A program made the translations under genes and the position numbers. The notes under the pieces were generated by a model. It had not been told where the DNA came from and did no database searches. It saw only the letters and a list, made by a program, of their open reading frames with translations. From Squalus acanthias (Eukaryota), in contig CM059432.1 in NCBI GenBank assembly GCA_030390025.1, positions 42,906,001 through 42,970,000 on the forward strand: a stretch of DNA of 64,000 nucleotides. Reading direction: 5' to 3'. This document shows positions 37,011 through 49,589 of this stretch, piece by piece. The stretch's first letter is position 1. Every line of letters begins with the position of its first letter.

Positions 37011-37959
37011 GTTCCACAATTCCTTATTATTTTTATGATAACGGGTGAAATTTTGAGAATCTTGTCAGAGCTGATTAGTGGAATTTAATGCTCTTCATGA
37101 AGTGACTTTAGCTCAGACAAACACAAGTAAAATGGTATGCTGCCACTGAATTGGATTTTTTTCCGCCAATTCAATGTAGCAGGCGATAAAATGATACCAT
37201 CTGCAGAAAGCCCTAGAAAAATACAGTCATAAATAGAATAAAGAATTGTTATTGAAAATTGATGCTGGAGAAAGATTTTGTTTATCATGTGGAAGGGAAC
37301 AGTAACAAACTAGGATATGTAATGAGGCTTCAATAACTACTGGAACACCATTTTTAATAATCATGATTTTAAAATTATTTGTCTCAGGTTGCGTTTGCAG
37401 CTAACAACCAAATTTTGGCTCACCAGGACTTGTACACCACTGAGAATGATTTTGGATAGGATTACAAGTAGAGCAGTTTTTGCTAGCCGTACTTTACACT
37501 CCTATAAGATGTACTACTGCAAAAGAAAAATGTGCACAGATTGTGCAGATTCCATGTTTCTAATGAAATTTTGGTCACAGCACAAAATGTAGCTGGAGTG
37601 GAGCCTAAATTCCCCCATCACAGATGTTCAAACAGAAGGTTTCTCATGCCATTCCATAATACAACGCCATACGGGACTCAGTGTGACCACCACAATAACC
37701 AATAACTAAATACAAGCAGTTTGAGGATCACTGCACAAAATCTTTCTTCGACTGTGCTTGTGAGATTTGAATGCTGTGGATTGAGACGCACCTCTCAAGT
37801 GTAATTGACAGATGACATTTGAGATTCTTGGAGCAAATGAGAAAATTCTAGACAACCGGTGAGGTGTGGTAAATAAAACACATTTACTTGAGGGTGTAAA
37901 TATGATAGCTATTGAAAAATCTAAAAAGTATGTTATCCAGAAATCTCAGAATCTTGGGT

Positions 37960-38360
37960 ATCTATTAATCTCAGTTTTAAATTTTTCAATTGACCTAGCC
38001 TCGACAACTTTCTGGGGCAAAGAGTTCCAGATTTCCACTGCCCTTTGTGTGAAGAAGTGCTTCCTGACATCACCCCTGAATAGCCTAGCTCTAATTTTAA
38101 GGTTATGCCCCTTGTTCTGGACTCCAGTGCCAGAGGAAATAGTTTCTATCTGGAAAATTCTTTAATCATCTTAAACAACTCAATTAGATCACCCCTTAAT
38201 CTTCTATACTCAAAGAAATACAAGCCTAGTCTATGTAACCTGTCCTCATAATTTAAACCTTTTAGCTTAGTATCATTCTGGTGAGTCTGCACTGCACCCC
38301 TTCCAAGGCCAATACATCCTTCCTGAGGTGTGGTGCCCAGAATTGAATGCAATACTCCAG
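37960..38360 (-). mobile_element. CR1 3' fragment
   Basis: KGLNYEDRLHRLGLYFFEYRRLRGDLIELFK. Confidence 0.85.
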
Positions 38361-38450
38361 CATTAAATCAGAACTACATCCCTATCTTGGCAACTAAATC
38401 TGGCAGTCCCAAACATGAATTGGCTTGCAATCAGTATTCTTCTAAATGTT

Positions 38451-38705
38451 AAAGCAAAATTCTGCGAATGCTGGAAACTTGAAATAAAAAGAGAAAATGC
38501 TGGAAATACTCAGCAGGTCAGACAGAATCTGTAGCAAGAAACAGAGTTACCGTTTCAGGTCGATGACCTTTAGTCAGGTATTTGTACATCTCTAACCTTT
38601 TCCAGTTCTGACGAAAGGTCATCGATCTGAAACGTTAACTCTGTTTCTCTCTCCACAGATGCTGCCTGACCTGCTGAGTATTTCCAGCAATTTCTCTTTT
38701 TATTT
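38451..38705. mobile_element. Penelope pLTR ends in inverted arrangement
   Basis: ~38483-38578 is the reverse complement of ~38608-38705; both match 25500-25595. Confidence 0.8.
38604..38640 (+). ncRNA. Minimal type I hammerhead ribozyme motif
   Basis: Stem I AGTT/AACT; core CTGACGA; stem II AGGTC-atc-GATCT; GAAA; palindromic ACGT stem III; GTT cleavage triplet. Confidence 0.7.
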
Positions 38706-39104
38706 AAATCTTGTAGAGTCCTATTGTCTAATTGCCTGAACTACAGCAATTGCATTACAAAAGAGAAAACATCAGCTAGGACCATATGAATGTATTTTTA
38801 AAACTAACACCCTACTCTGCAGCTTTTAAAAAAAAATGAGATATTAAAGTGATAGAGGAGCTTAATGTGGGCATCTGATTTTTAGAGGTTGATTTTGGGT
38901 CAGGACCCATTTACACCACATTTTTGTCCTGTTCTGTATCCATTGAAGTTTCTGGAATGAATGGGGAACGAGCCGTTTACTCTTCTCATCCCTTCAACAG
39001 CATGTGCTTGCATAGGAGATCAAAATAACTGGATGCCGTAGGATGTTGAGATCCCCTTCATTTCCACCCCCATTGCACTCAACATAACTCACAGCCAAGT
39101 CAAT

Positions 39105-40858
39105 GGCCGCGATTTCGCCGACCGAGGCAGGTCCGGGGCGGCCGGGGTCGGTGTCGCGGTCCCAGCCCGCTGCCTACTGCAGCCCACACTCTCCAAGTGA
39201 TTTTATGTTAAGCCTGCCCTGCAAGATTCCCGGCCAATTAAAAGGAAGCATCATTTGATGATCCGTCATCAGCCAGTTTCCTTAAGGGGGCCATGTCCAA
39301 ATTGATTTTGACAGTTGTGCTGTCAGTGTTCTACAGCATTGAGGTGCTGCAAACACTGATAATCACTGCACAAAGGTGAACGGCTGCACCCAGGCTCTCC
39401 GATGACTCCCTCCATACACTTATGGAGGGAATCACAGCATGCAGGGAGGTTCTCTTCCCTTCCGATGGGCAGAAGAGACTTCCCCAGGAGATCAAAGCAG
39501 CCTGGTTGCACATTGCACAGGAGGACACAAGCAGGGATGTCATCAGGAGGACCAGGCTGCAGTGGCGCAAACCTTTCAATGATCTCAGTAGATCACGAAA
39601 CGTTACTGCAAAGCCACACTCAACCTCATCCTGCTGTGCCACTCATCACATCCCCATCACTCTGCCTTCCCTACCTTACTCCTGCACATCTTTACTCACA
39701 CCAACTTACCTTGCACCTCCACCCATCCCTCTCTATCTACATTATCACTTCCCCATTTCACTAACCACCCCTCACACTCACCCTCATCCTAGTCCAATCA
39801 TACCAACTAACAACACACAAGGGTAGGCACTTGGGTGGTTTAGCCAATGTTCATGTGAAGTTTCTGGTAATGTGCTGTCAAACATTGAAACCTTTATTTT
39901 CGGCACTTTGCATTCTTGGACAGATTTGTGTGAACCTTTGGAAGTGGCTTACTGAGTTGTAGTGAATGGTGAGACATAAGGGTACCCCACTCCTACAATG
40001 GTGATGAGTGTGAAAGGAATGGTTTGGGCATTGTAGGGATGCTTTATGGTGCTGGTGTGGGGTGGTGCCAACCTGGCGCACCATGTGGCAGCCAAGGTGT
40101 ACAGCGTCAAGTGAAGTAAATCTCCCATGGTGAGGCCATCCCTGGCATCCCGGGCAGCAATGTGGTCAGGTACTGATGCCCTGTGTCCTGTGCAGCATCA
40201 GTTGATTGCGAGAAGGCTGGTGTTGTTGTTGGTGCTGCTGGTGTGCCTGGTGATGCTGGTGTTGGGGCTGATCTTGGTGAGATTTTGAGGACCAAGGCGA
40301 AATATTGTCAAGGGCAACGATGCTAATGGAATAGATGGCAGGTGAGGTTGAGATGACAGAAACGATCTGTCAATGGTGATAGAGGTTGTTCCAATGAGGT
40401 GGCACTGGATAGAGAGTTGGCTCCAAACACTTGCAAGCTGCAGAAAGCTCAATATTTCTTCCAAAGGCAGTAACCAACAGTTTCTGAGCTTTGGAAGTGA
40501 ACAGCTGTAACATGGGATCTTTTATACAACTTTGGCAACTGTCAGGTCATGAGATAATTCAATGCTGAGTCCACTCACGACATGCTGAGTTGACGTGTTC
40601 CCCGAGCAGCGGGTAACCCGTGGGGGAGCAGGTAATATTGAAATGAAGGCATAAAATAACATTTAATTGGATGTTAACAATCCATTTAATGATGTCAATT
40701 GCCTCCCCCGCCGCTTGGTGTCAGGTCTGCTCAGCGCTGACAGACCCGATACCTGGGAGACTCGTGTGGAGGCAGGTTTTTCTATTTTTCTATCTTTTCT
40801 ATTTTGACAGCGGACCCACCTCCGAACCTGCCCTCTCAGCGCTGGCAAAATTCAGCCC
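39105..40858 (+). mobile_element. Non-autonomous Harbinger family A, copy 3 (uninterrupted)
   Basis: TIRs ggccgcgatttc / aaaattcagccc; perfect TSD AAT (39102-39104, 40859-40861); MEGITACREVLFP..AAWLHIAQE..QWRKPFNDL. Confidence 0.92.
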
Positions 40859-42039
40859 AATATGTCGGATCCTGGAAAAAGTGTTTCATATAAAGCTGCC
40901 TACATCCTGACAGCTTTTGACCATATGTCAGGTTTCCCTGCATATTTCATGGTTTTTTTGCTTCGGGGAGTTAGTGGGATGGACTTCAACCTGACAGAGT
41001 GACAAACTCTCTGCTTACTGGCACATTTTTGACCTTCAACCAAGTAAAGGATAGCACTAGAACAGCATAGGTTTCCCTATGGAGATTACTCTGTAAGCAA
41101 TCTTGATGGAGAAAGAAGAGGAGACCAGAAGGGAACAAAGGAGAGTGTGGCAGCATCAATGAAGAATGAGGCCAATCTACTATTACCCTTGCAATAAGTC
41201 TAAAGGCCCGAGAGGCATTATGATGGAAGGAGTGAAGACCTGTGGCTTTGCAGATTTTGATTCATAAAAGAAGCCCTGGATGATCTGTGCCAGCTTTTCC
41301 ACACTGATTTGCAGCCCAGATCAAGTGCCCAAACAGTTCTGCTAATGGCTGTCAAAGTCAGTCCAACTCTCAACTTTCATGCCACTGGCTCCTCCAATGG
41401 AAGTCTTCTGCAAAATCATCCAAAGTACCATCTGTGCCTCCATTCACCAGGTCACCAAAACCGTCTTTAGGAGAGCTGAGGAATTTATCCATTTTGTATA
41501 ATTCCTAGGTAGCTGTGTCACTGGGTCATTCACTTCTATCATGTAGCTGGTTTTCACAAAATTTAGGAGGCAATAGATTGCACTGTGGGCCCCTACTATG
41601 AGTCAGTTGAATTTCCTGAATATAAAGTGATTCTGTTCCCTTAATATTCAGGACCAGTAGCATCGAATTCTCCTTGCCGATGCCAAACGTACAAGAATTT
41701 TTCACAACATTTTAATCATAACACAGTCCAGTCTGCCAGATCTATTCAGGGAAGACAATCAAATATTGAGATGGATTGTGGATGACCCAGCCTTGCTTCC
41801 ATGGCCCATGGACCCACTTCAAGTTCCAACCACCTGGCTGAACAATGGTACAATGAGGCACATTCATTAGCTGCAGTAGTCATTCAGAGGACTATTGGGA
41901 TTCTGAAGGGAAGGTTTTACGGCCTTGATACATCTTGTGGGTCACGGCAGTATGCTATCGAGCAGGTCTCTCACATCATGGTTGCTTGCTGTGTCCTTCA
42001 CAACTATTCAGAAAAAACTCGAAATGGAATCACAGTAGC

Positions 42040-43530
42040 ATAAGAATATGAGTAGGCCATTCAGCCCCTGGAGCCTGTACCGCCATTCAATTAGATCATG
42101 GCTAATCTCTATCTCAACTTCATTTACCCGCGTGAGTTCCATATCCCTTAATACTCTTACCTAACAAAAAGCTATCAATCTCAGTTTTGAAATTTTCTGT
42201 TGACATTTTGAGGCAAAGTGTTCCAGATTTCCACTATCCTTTGTGTGAAGAAATGCTTCCTGACATCACCCCTGAATGGCCTAGCTCTAATTTTAAGGTT
42301 ATGCAGAGAAACTCCAGTATGATTTGGACAGGTTGAGTGATTGGGCAGATGCATGGCAGATGCAGTATAATGTGGATAAATGCGAGGTTATCCACTTTGG
42401 TGGCAAAAACAGGAAGACAGATTATTATCTGAACGGCAATAGATTGGGAAAAGGGGAAGTGCAACGAGACCTGGGTGTCCTTGTGCACCAGTCGCTGAAG
42501 GTAAGTATGCAGGTGCAGCAGGTGGTTAAGAAGGCTTCATAGCGAGAGGATTTGAGTACAGGAGCAAGGATGTCTTGCTGCAGTTGTACAGGGCCTTGGT
42601 GAGACCACACCTTGAGTATTGTGTGCAGTTTTGGTCGCCTTATCTGAGAAAGGATGTTCTTGCCATGGAGGGAGTGCAGCGATGATTCACCAGACTGATA
42701 CCTGGGATGGCAGGAATGACGTATGAAGAGAGATTGGGTCGATTAGGCTTATATTCGCTAGAGTTTAGAAGAATGAGAGGGGATCTCATTGAAACATATA
42801 AAATTCTAACAGGACTAGACAGACTAGATGCAGGAAGGATGTTCCCAATGGTGGGGGTGTCCGGAACCAGGGGTCACAGTCTAAGGATAAGGGGTAAGCC
42901 ATTTAGGACTGAGATGAGGAGGAATTTCTTCACCCAGAGAGTGGTGAACCTGTGGAATTCTCTACCACAGAAGGCAGTTGAGGCCAATTCATTAAATATA
43001 TTCAAGAAGGAGTTAGATATATTTCTTAAGGCTAAAGGGACCAAGGGATATGGGGAGAAAGCAGGGACATGGTACTGAATTTGGATGATCAGCCATGATC
43101 GCATTGAATGGCGGAGCAGGCTCGAGGGGCCGAATGGCCTACTCCTGCTCCTATCTTCTATGTTTCTATGCCCCCTTGTTCTGGACTCCAGCACCAGAGG
43201 AAATAGTTTCTATCTACCCAAGCAAATCCTTTATTCATCTTAAACACATCAAAGAGATCACCCCTTAACCTTCTATACTCAAGAAAATACAAGCCTAGTC
43301 TATGCAACCTGTCCTCATAATTTAAACCTTTTAGCCCCAGTAATCTTCTGGTGACTCTGCACTGCACCCCTTCCAAGGTGTGGTGCCCAGAATTGAATGC
43401 AGTATTCCAGACACAGTCTAACTAGACCTTTATACAACTGTAGCATAACTTCCACTACTTTGCACTCCAGACCCCTTGAGATAAAGGCTAATATTCCATT
43501 TGCCTTTTTAATTATTTTTTGTACCTGAAG
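42040..43530 (-). mobile_element. CR1 3' fragment (host of a second CR1)
   Basis: KKANGILAFISRG...LEYCIQFWAP and EDRLHRLGL..RRLRGDL; 3' UTR at 42040-42300. Confidence 0.85.
42306..43169 (+). mobile_element. CR1 3' fragment nested in CR1
   Basis: WADAWQMQYNVDKCEVIHFG ... LWNSLPQ; tatgc duplicated at both junctions. Confidence 0.9.
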
Positions 43531-46500
43531 CACTGATGCTTTCTGTGAGGAAGAGGGTATCCCAGGAAGAAGGGGACTTGGGTGCTGTGGAGGCTGAGGA
43601 ACATCGATCTTAGCCTCGTGAAAATAATGACTCATAGGATCCTACTGCCAGAGACATTCATAGGGAGATTATTAGTGATACATTATTCTCAGATTAAAGC
43701 TCTCCTCTTTAAAAACTTCCACCACAACATCTCCCCAGCATTCTTGCCAACTACAATGCTTCTATGCGGAAACATTTGTCTTTGTGCCTCACAAAAGAAG
43801 CATGCCCCTTAAATCCAACCAGCTCTCCAACCAGGGGCCTGAGTACAATTTAGCTTATAATGTGGTGACATGTAGTAACCTAAACAATTTTTATTCAGTT
43901 AATGGACACATTCAATTACGTGACTGAATTGTCATGATTAACTATGTTATCCACAAAGTCCGATGCCTGCCCCAGAACCTGTGTTAGTATTATCATCTAT
44001 CTCCTGTGTAAATTTGGTTTTAAGTATCCATTTCACATTTTAAAGCATGCAACAGAAATCCATTGTTGCACTGATATCCCTTTCCAATTTATTGTAACTG
44101 TGTATTCCTATAAATAAGTTTATTCCAATCAAAAACCATATCAGTGCTTGATGCTTAATTTATGACAATTCATATAAAAATTATCATTACCTATTTCAAT
44201 CCAAAACATGGGCATAGTAGTGGTTAGTTCTTTTATTCATTTATTACACGCTACCCAAGTTTATTGTCCAATGCTAGCTACCTTTTTTTGTACTGGTGGT
44301 CCTAAAGGGTGCCCAGACATTTGTTGCTGGTCTTCATCAGTGTTAATGGTGTACTGACATTGAGAAGAAACAGGGAGAGCAATGGAGACTTCAGGATTCA
44401 TTATGTTTACATTTTGTAGTCTCCCTGACTGACTCGGAACCCAGTATTTTCAGTACTATGTACTGTTAAAATGTGATCTTTGCATTTTAATGCTCTGGGA
44501 AGGATGCCAAAAATCATCTACTGATGAATACAATAGCCCCTCTAACCTTAATTGTTTATTGCTGATTTTTTTTTAAAAACGTGTGCAAATTGACAATGTA
44601 CAGTCAATGTGTCCATTGTGTTGAATATCTAAAAATGTGAAAGGCTAATAGTCTTGAAAACTGTTACACACATAATGAATAATTGTTCTGCAGATGAGCA
44701 AATTTAAAAATATGTTTTCACTTTTTAAATAATCCTTGATCTACAGCAGTGCAGGAATACCACCTCTGAAAATCTAATGTTAATATATATATATTTTTAA
44801 ATGATTTCTATTTGGTATGTAGTATATAGAAATTACAAAATAGTGTGAATTTTATGGGAACGCATTGTGCAATTGATAAGCGCATGCACTATGGTCTTAA
44901 GTTATATATAATCAGCAAAAAATATTTTTTAGTGTTTTTTTGGTCAAGGTAATTTTAATAAATTCCTATTCACTGCTATTGTGATGTCACTGCAGTTTAA
45001 ATCCTCTCGACACAGCAGTAATAATTATGCCATCTGGTGTCTTCCCAGGACCTGGAATGACAGCTGAAACAATGCCAAATAGCAGTGTTAGCAGTCAGTG
45101 AGTTTAGAAATAAAGTGGTTTACCTTTGTTAAGCTTCTTGGGTTCAAAGCTTTATAAATGCGCAATTAAACAAGTGATGTGGCAGTTGCTTAGCTCACAC
45201 AAATGTCACAGATTAGAATCCTTGGTTCATACCTAATACTTTAACCTGTCTCTTATGTACTGCGCTTATATAGTGAGTGAGTTTCATCGAGTATTTGCTG
45301 AACCCCTGCTGGAACACACCTGCACTGGGAATAATTAATGCCAGTTTTGGCTCCTTTATGGCTGACTGTGTGAATGTACTGCTTCTCGTCATTTTACCTG
45401 GGAGCACAGTTTTAACCTGAGAAAGAGTTAACAACTCAAATTCCTTTCTTCTGTATTAGGCTTATTGTAATAGAGATAAGCTCAGAAAGATCAATAAAGG
45501 GAAAAAAATACAATTTTAATAAAGAATGCTATGGTCACACAATAAACTATGGTTAAATCCCAGATCTGACTCACCTATATACATAGGCGAGGTGCTAATA
45601 GATCATAGAATGTTACAGCACAGAAACAGACTATTCAACCCATCAAGTCTGCGCCACTAATTTCCCCACATGACCCACATATTTTAACCTCAGTCTTGCC
45701 CCCCTTCCCCATGTCCCTTATTCATTTTTTCAAGCAACTATCTAATTCCCTTTTAGAAGTACTTATCAACTCTGCTTCAACAATAGTTTGAGGCAGAGAA
45801 TTCCACATTCTAACCACTCTTCTTTTGTAACTTCCCCTTTAATTCTTTTTGTGATCATCTTAAATTTGAGCCTTTCGTTACCATCTTTCTGACCAATGGA
45901 AACAATCTGCACTACATCCCCTCAACCTTCTCAGTTCCAATAAAACAAGCCCTAACTTCTCAATTTTTTTTCATAACTGTAGCTCCTCATCCTTGGTAAC
46001 ATCCTAGTGAAACTATGCGGCACCCTTTCCATTGCCTTTATATCTTTCCTATAATGGGATGCCCGATGGGCTAACTAACATCTTGTGCAAGTTCAATATT
46101 ACCTCCTTACTTTTATATTCTGTGCCTCCATTTACAAAACCAAGGATTCAGTCTGGCTTTTTTATGGTTTTTTCTATTGCCCTTTCACCATTGAATGACC
46201 TGTGTATTTGTACACCCACATCCCTGGACTGGTCAGGTGGGCAGAAAAGTGGCAAATGGAATTCAAACTGGAGAAATGTGAGGTAATGCATTTGGGGAGG
46301 GCTAATTAGGCAAGGGAATACACAGTAAATGGTAGGACACTGAGAAGTGTAGAGGAATAGAGGGACTTTGGAATGCATTCCCACAGATCCCTGAAGGTAG
46401 CAGGACAGGTAGATAAGGTGGTTAAGAAGGCATATGGGATACTTTCCTTTATTAGTCGAGGCATAGAATATAAGAACAGGGAGGTTATGCTTGAACTGTA

Positions 46501-46611
46501 TAAAACACTAGTTAGGCCACAGCTAGAGTACTGCGTACAGTTCTGGTTACCACATTACAGGAAAGATGCGATTGCACTAGAGAGGGTACAGAGGGGATTT
46601 ATGTGGATGTT

Positions 46612-48667
46612 TTTAAAAATTCGTTACTGGGTCTGGGCATCGCTGGCAAGGCCGGAATTTATTGCCCATCCCTAATTGCCCTTGAGAAGGTGGTGGTGAG
46701 CCGCCTTCTTGAACCGCTGCAGTCCTTGTGGTGAAGGTACTCCCACAGTGCTGTTAGGGAGGGAGTTCCAGGATTTTGACCCAGTAACGATGAAGGAATG
46801 ACGACATATTTCCAAGTCAGGATGGTGTGAGATTTGGAGGGGATCTTGGAGGTGATGGTGTTCCCTTGCACCTGCTGTCCTTGTCCTTCTAGGTGGTGGA
46901 GGTCACGGGTTTGGGAGGTGCTGTCGAAGAAGCCTTGGCGAGTTGCTGCAGTCCAACAACTGCAACTATCTTTCTTTGTGGTAGGTATGACTCCAACCAG
47001 TGGAGAGTTTTGCCCCCTGATTCCCATTTATTTCAATTTTACTAGGGCTCTCTGATATCAAGAGCAGTCACTCTCATCTCACCTCTAAAATTCAGCTCTT
47101 TTGTCCATGTTTGGACCAAGGCTGTAATGAGGACTGGAGCCGAGTGGTCCTGACGGAACCCAAACTGAGCATCAGTGAGCAGGTTATTGGTGATTAAGTG
47201 CCATTTAATAGCACTGTCGACGACACCTTCCGTCACTTTGTTGATGGGGCAGTAATTGGCTGAATTGGATTTGTCCTGCTTTTTGTGGACAGGACATACC
47301 TGGGCAGTTTTCCACATTGTCGGGTGTTGTAGCTGTACTGGAACAGCTTGGCTAGAGGCGTGGCTAGTTCTGGAGCACAAGTCTTCAACACGATAGCCGG
47401 GATAGTGTCGGGGCCCATAGCCTTTGCTGTATCCAGTGCGCTCAGCCATTTCTTGATATCACGTGGAGTGAATTGAATTGGCTGAAGACTGGCTTCTGTG
47501 ATGGTGGGGACCTCAGGAGGAGGCCGATATGGATCATCCACTCTGCACTTCTGGCTGAAGATGGTTGCAAACGCTTCAGCCTTGTCTTTTGCACTCGCGT
47601 GCTGGGCTCTGCCATCATTGAGGATGGGGATATTCATGGAGCTTCCTCCTCCCGTTAGTTGTTTAATTCTCCGCCCACATTCACGACTGGATGTGGCAGG
47701 ACTGCAGAACTTTGATCTGATCCGTTTATTGTGGAATCGCTTAACTCTGTCTATAGCATGCTGCTTCTGCTGTTTAGCATGCATGTAATCCTGTGTTGCA
47801 GCTTCCCCAGGTTGGCATCTCATTTTTAGGTATGCCTGGTGCTGCTCCTGGCATGCTCTTCTGTACTCCGCATTGAACCAGGGTTGGTCCCCTGGCTTGA
47901 TGGTAATGGTAGAGTGAGGGATGTGCCGGGCCATGAGTTTACAGGTTGTGATGGAATACAATTCTGCTGCTGCTGATGGCCCACAGCGTCTCATGGATGC
48001 CCAGTTTTGAGCTGCTAGATCTGTTCTGAATCTATCCCATTTAGCACGGTGGTAGTGCCACACAACATGATGGAGGGTGTCCTCAGTGTGAAGACTGGAC
48101 TTCGTCTCCACAAGGACTGTGCAGTGGTCACTGCTACCAATGCTGTCATGGACAGATGTGTCTGCGACAGGTAGATTGGTGAGGACGAGGTCAAGTAGGT
48201 TTTTCCCTCATGTTGGCTCTCTTACCATCGGCCGCAGGCCCAGTCTGGCAGCTATGTCATAGAAACATAGAAACATAGAAACATAGAAACTAGGAGCAGG
48301 AGTAGGCCATTCGGCCCGTCGAGCCTGCTCCACCATTCAATACGATCATGGCTGATCATCCAAATCCAGTACCCTGTCCCTGCTTTCTCACACAGAATCC
48401 CCATCGAGCCTGCACCGACACATATCCCACCCTATCCCCGTAACCCCACATATTTAATTCCCCCTAACATATCCCATCCTATCCCTGTAACCCCAAGTCT
48501 ACACACCCGTATCTAAGGAGGTCCTTCAGGACTTGGCCAGCTCAATCAGTAATGGTGCTACCGAGCCACTGTTGGTGATGGACATTGAAGTACCCCACCC
48601 AGAGTGCATTCTGTGCTCTTGCTACCCTCGGTGCTTCTTCCAAGTGATGTTCAACATGAAGGAATAC
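46612..48667 (-). mobile_element. tRNA-headed LINE family, 5'-truncated and internally deleted copy
   Basis: ORF 47233..48111 near-identical to 31096..32151; 12-bp TSD TA(T/C)GTGGATGTT (46600-46611, 48668-48679); deletion near 46950. Confidence 0.9.
48259..48519 (-). mobile_element. Short CR1 3' tail with scrambled 5' junction
   Basis: atagaaac repeats plus CR1 3' UTR, followed by duplicated fragments; host reads through gctatgtc|cttcagg. Confidence 0.75.
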
Positions 48668-49589
48668 TACGTGGATGTTGCCAGGACTGGAGAATTTTGG
48701 CTATGAAGAAAGATTGGATAGGCTGGGGTCATTTTCTTTGGAACAGGGAAAAGTTCAGAGTGGAAGTGAAAAAGAAGATAAGAGGGGCAAAGAGAGGGTA
48801 TGAGAATAGATTGGCAGCTAACATAAAAGGGAATTCAAAAGCCATCTATAGGCATATAAATAATAAACAGGTAGTAAGAGGCGGGGTGGGGCCGATTAGG
48901 GAGCAAAAAGGAGACCTACGCATGGAGGCAGAGGGCATGGCTGAGGTACTAAATGAGTACTTTGCATCTGTCTTCACCAAGGAAGAACATGCTGCCAAAG
49001 TTATCGTGAAAGAAGAGATACTGGATGTGATAAAATTTGATACAGAGGAGGTACTAAAAAGGCTGGCTGTACTTAAAGTTAATAAGTCACCAGGACCGAA
49101 TGGGATGCATCCTAGGATACTGAGGGAAGTTAAGGAGGAAATCGCAGAGGTACTGGCCATAATCTTCCAATCCTCCTTAGATACGGGTGTGTTGCCAGAG
49201 GACTGGAGAATTGCAAATGTTACACCCTTATTCAAAAACGTGTGTAAGGATAAACCCAGCAACTACATGCCAGTCAGTTTAACCTTGGTAGTGGGGCAGC
49301 TTGTAGAAACGATAATCAGGAACAGAGAGACCTGGGGGTATATGTACACAAATCATTGAAGACGGCAGGGCAGGTTGAGAAAGCGGTTAAAAAAGCATAC
49401 GGGATCCTGGGCTTCATGAATAGAGCTATAGAGTACAAATGCAAGGAAGTTATGATGAACCTTTATAAAACACTGGTTCGGCCTCAATTGGAGGATTGTA
49501 TCCAATTCTGGGCACTGCACTTTAGGGAGGATGTGAAGGCCTTATAGAGGGTGCAGAAAAGATTTACGAGAATGATTCCAGGGATGAGG

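Larger units (their letters stand above)
41100..43690 (+). pseudogene. Old Harbinger transposase remnant interrupted by CR1s
   Basis: AVKVSPTLNFHATG, AIDCT, YNEAH...IQRTIGILKGRF.GLD...QY...CCVLHN (41801..42043); acidic tail resumes ~43545. Confidence 0.75.

Noticed and set aside
37388..37860. Possible plus-strand exon (tctcag| ... |gtgag)
   Set aside because: Frames examined are closed by stops and no homology was recognised.
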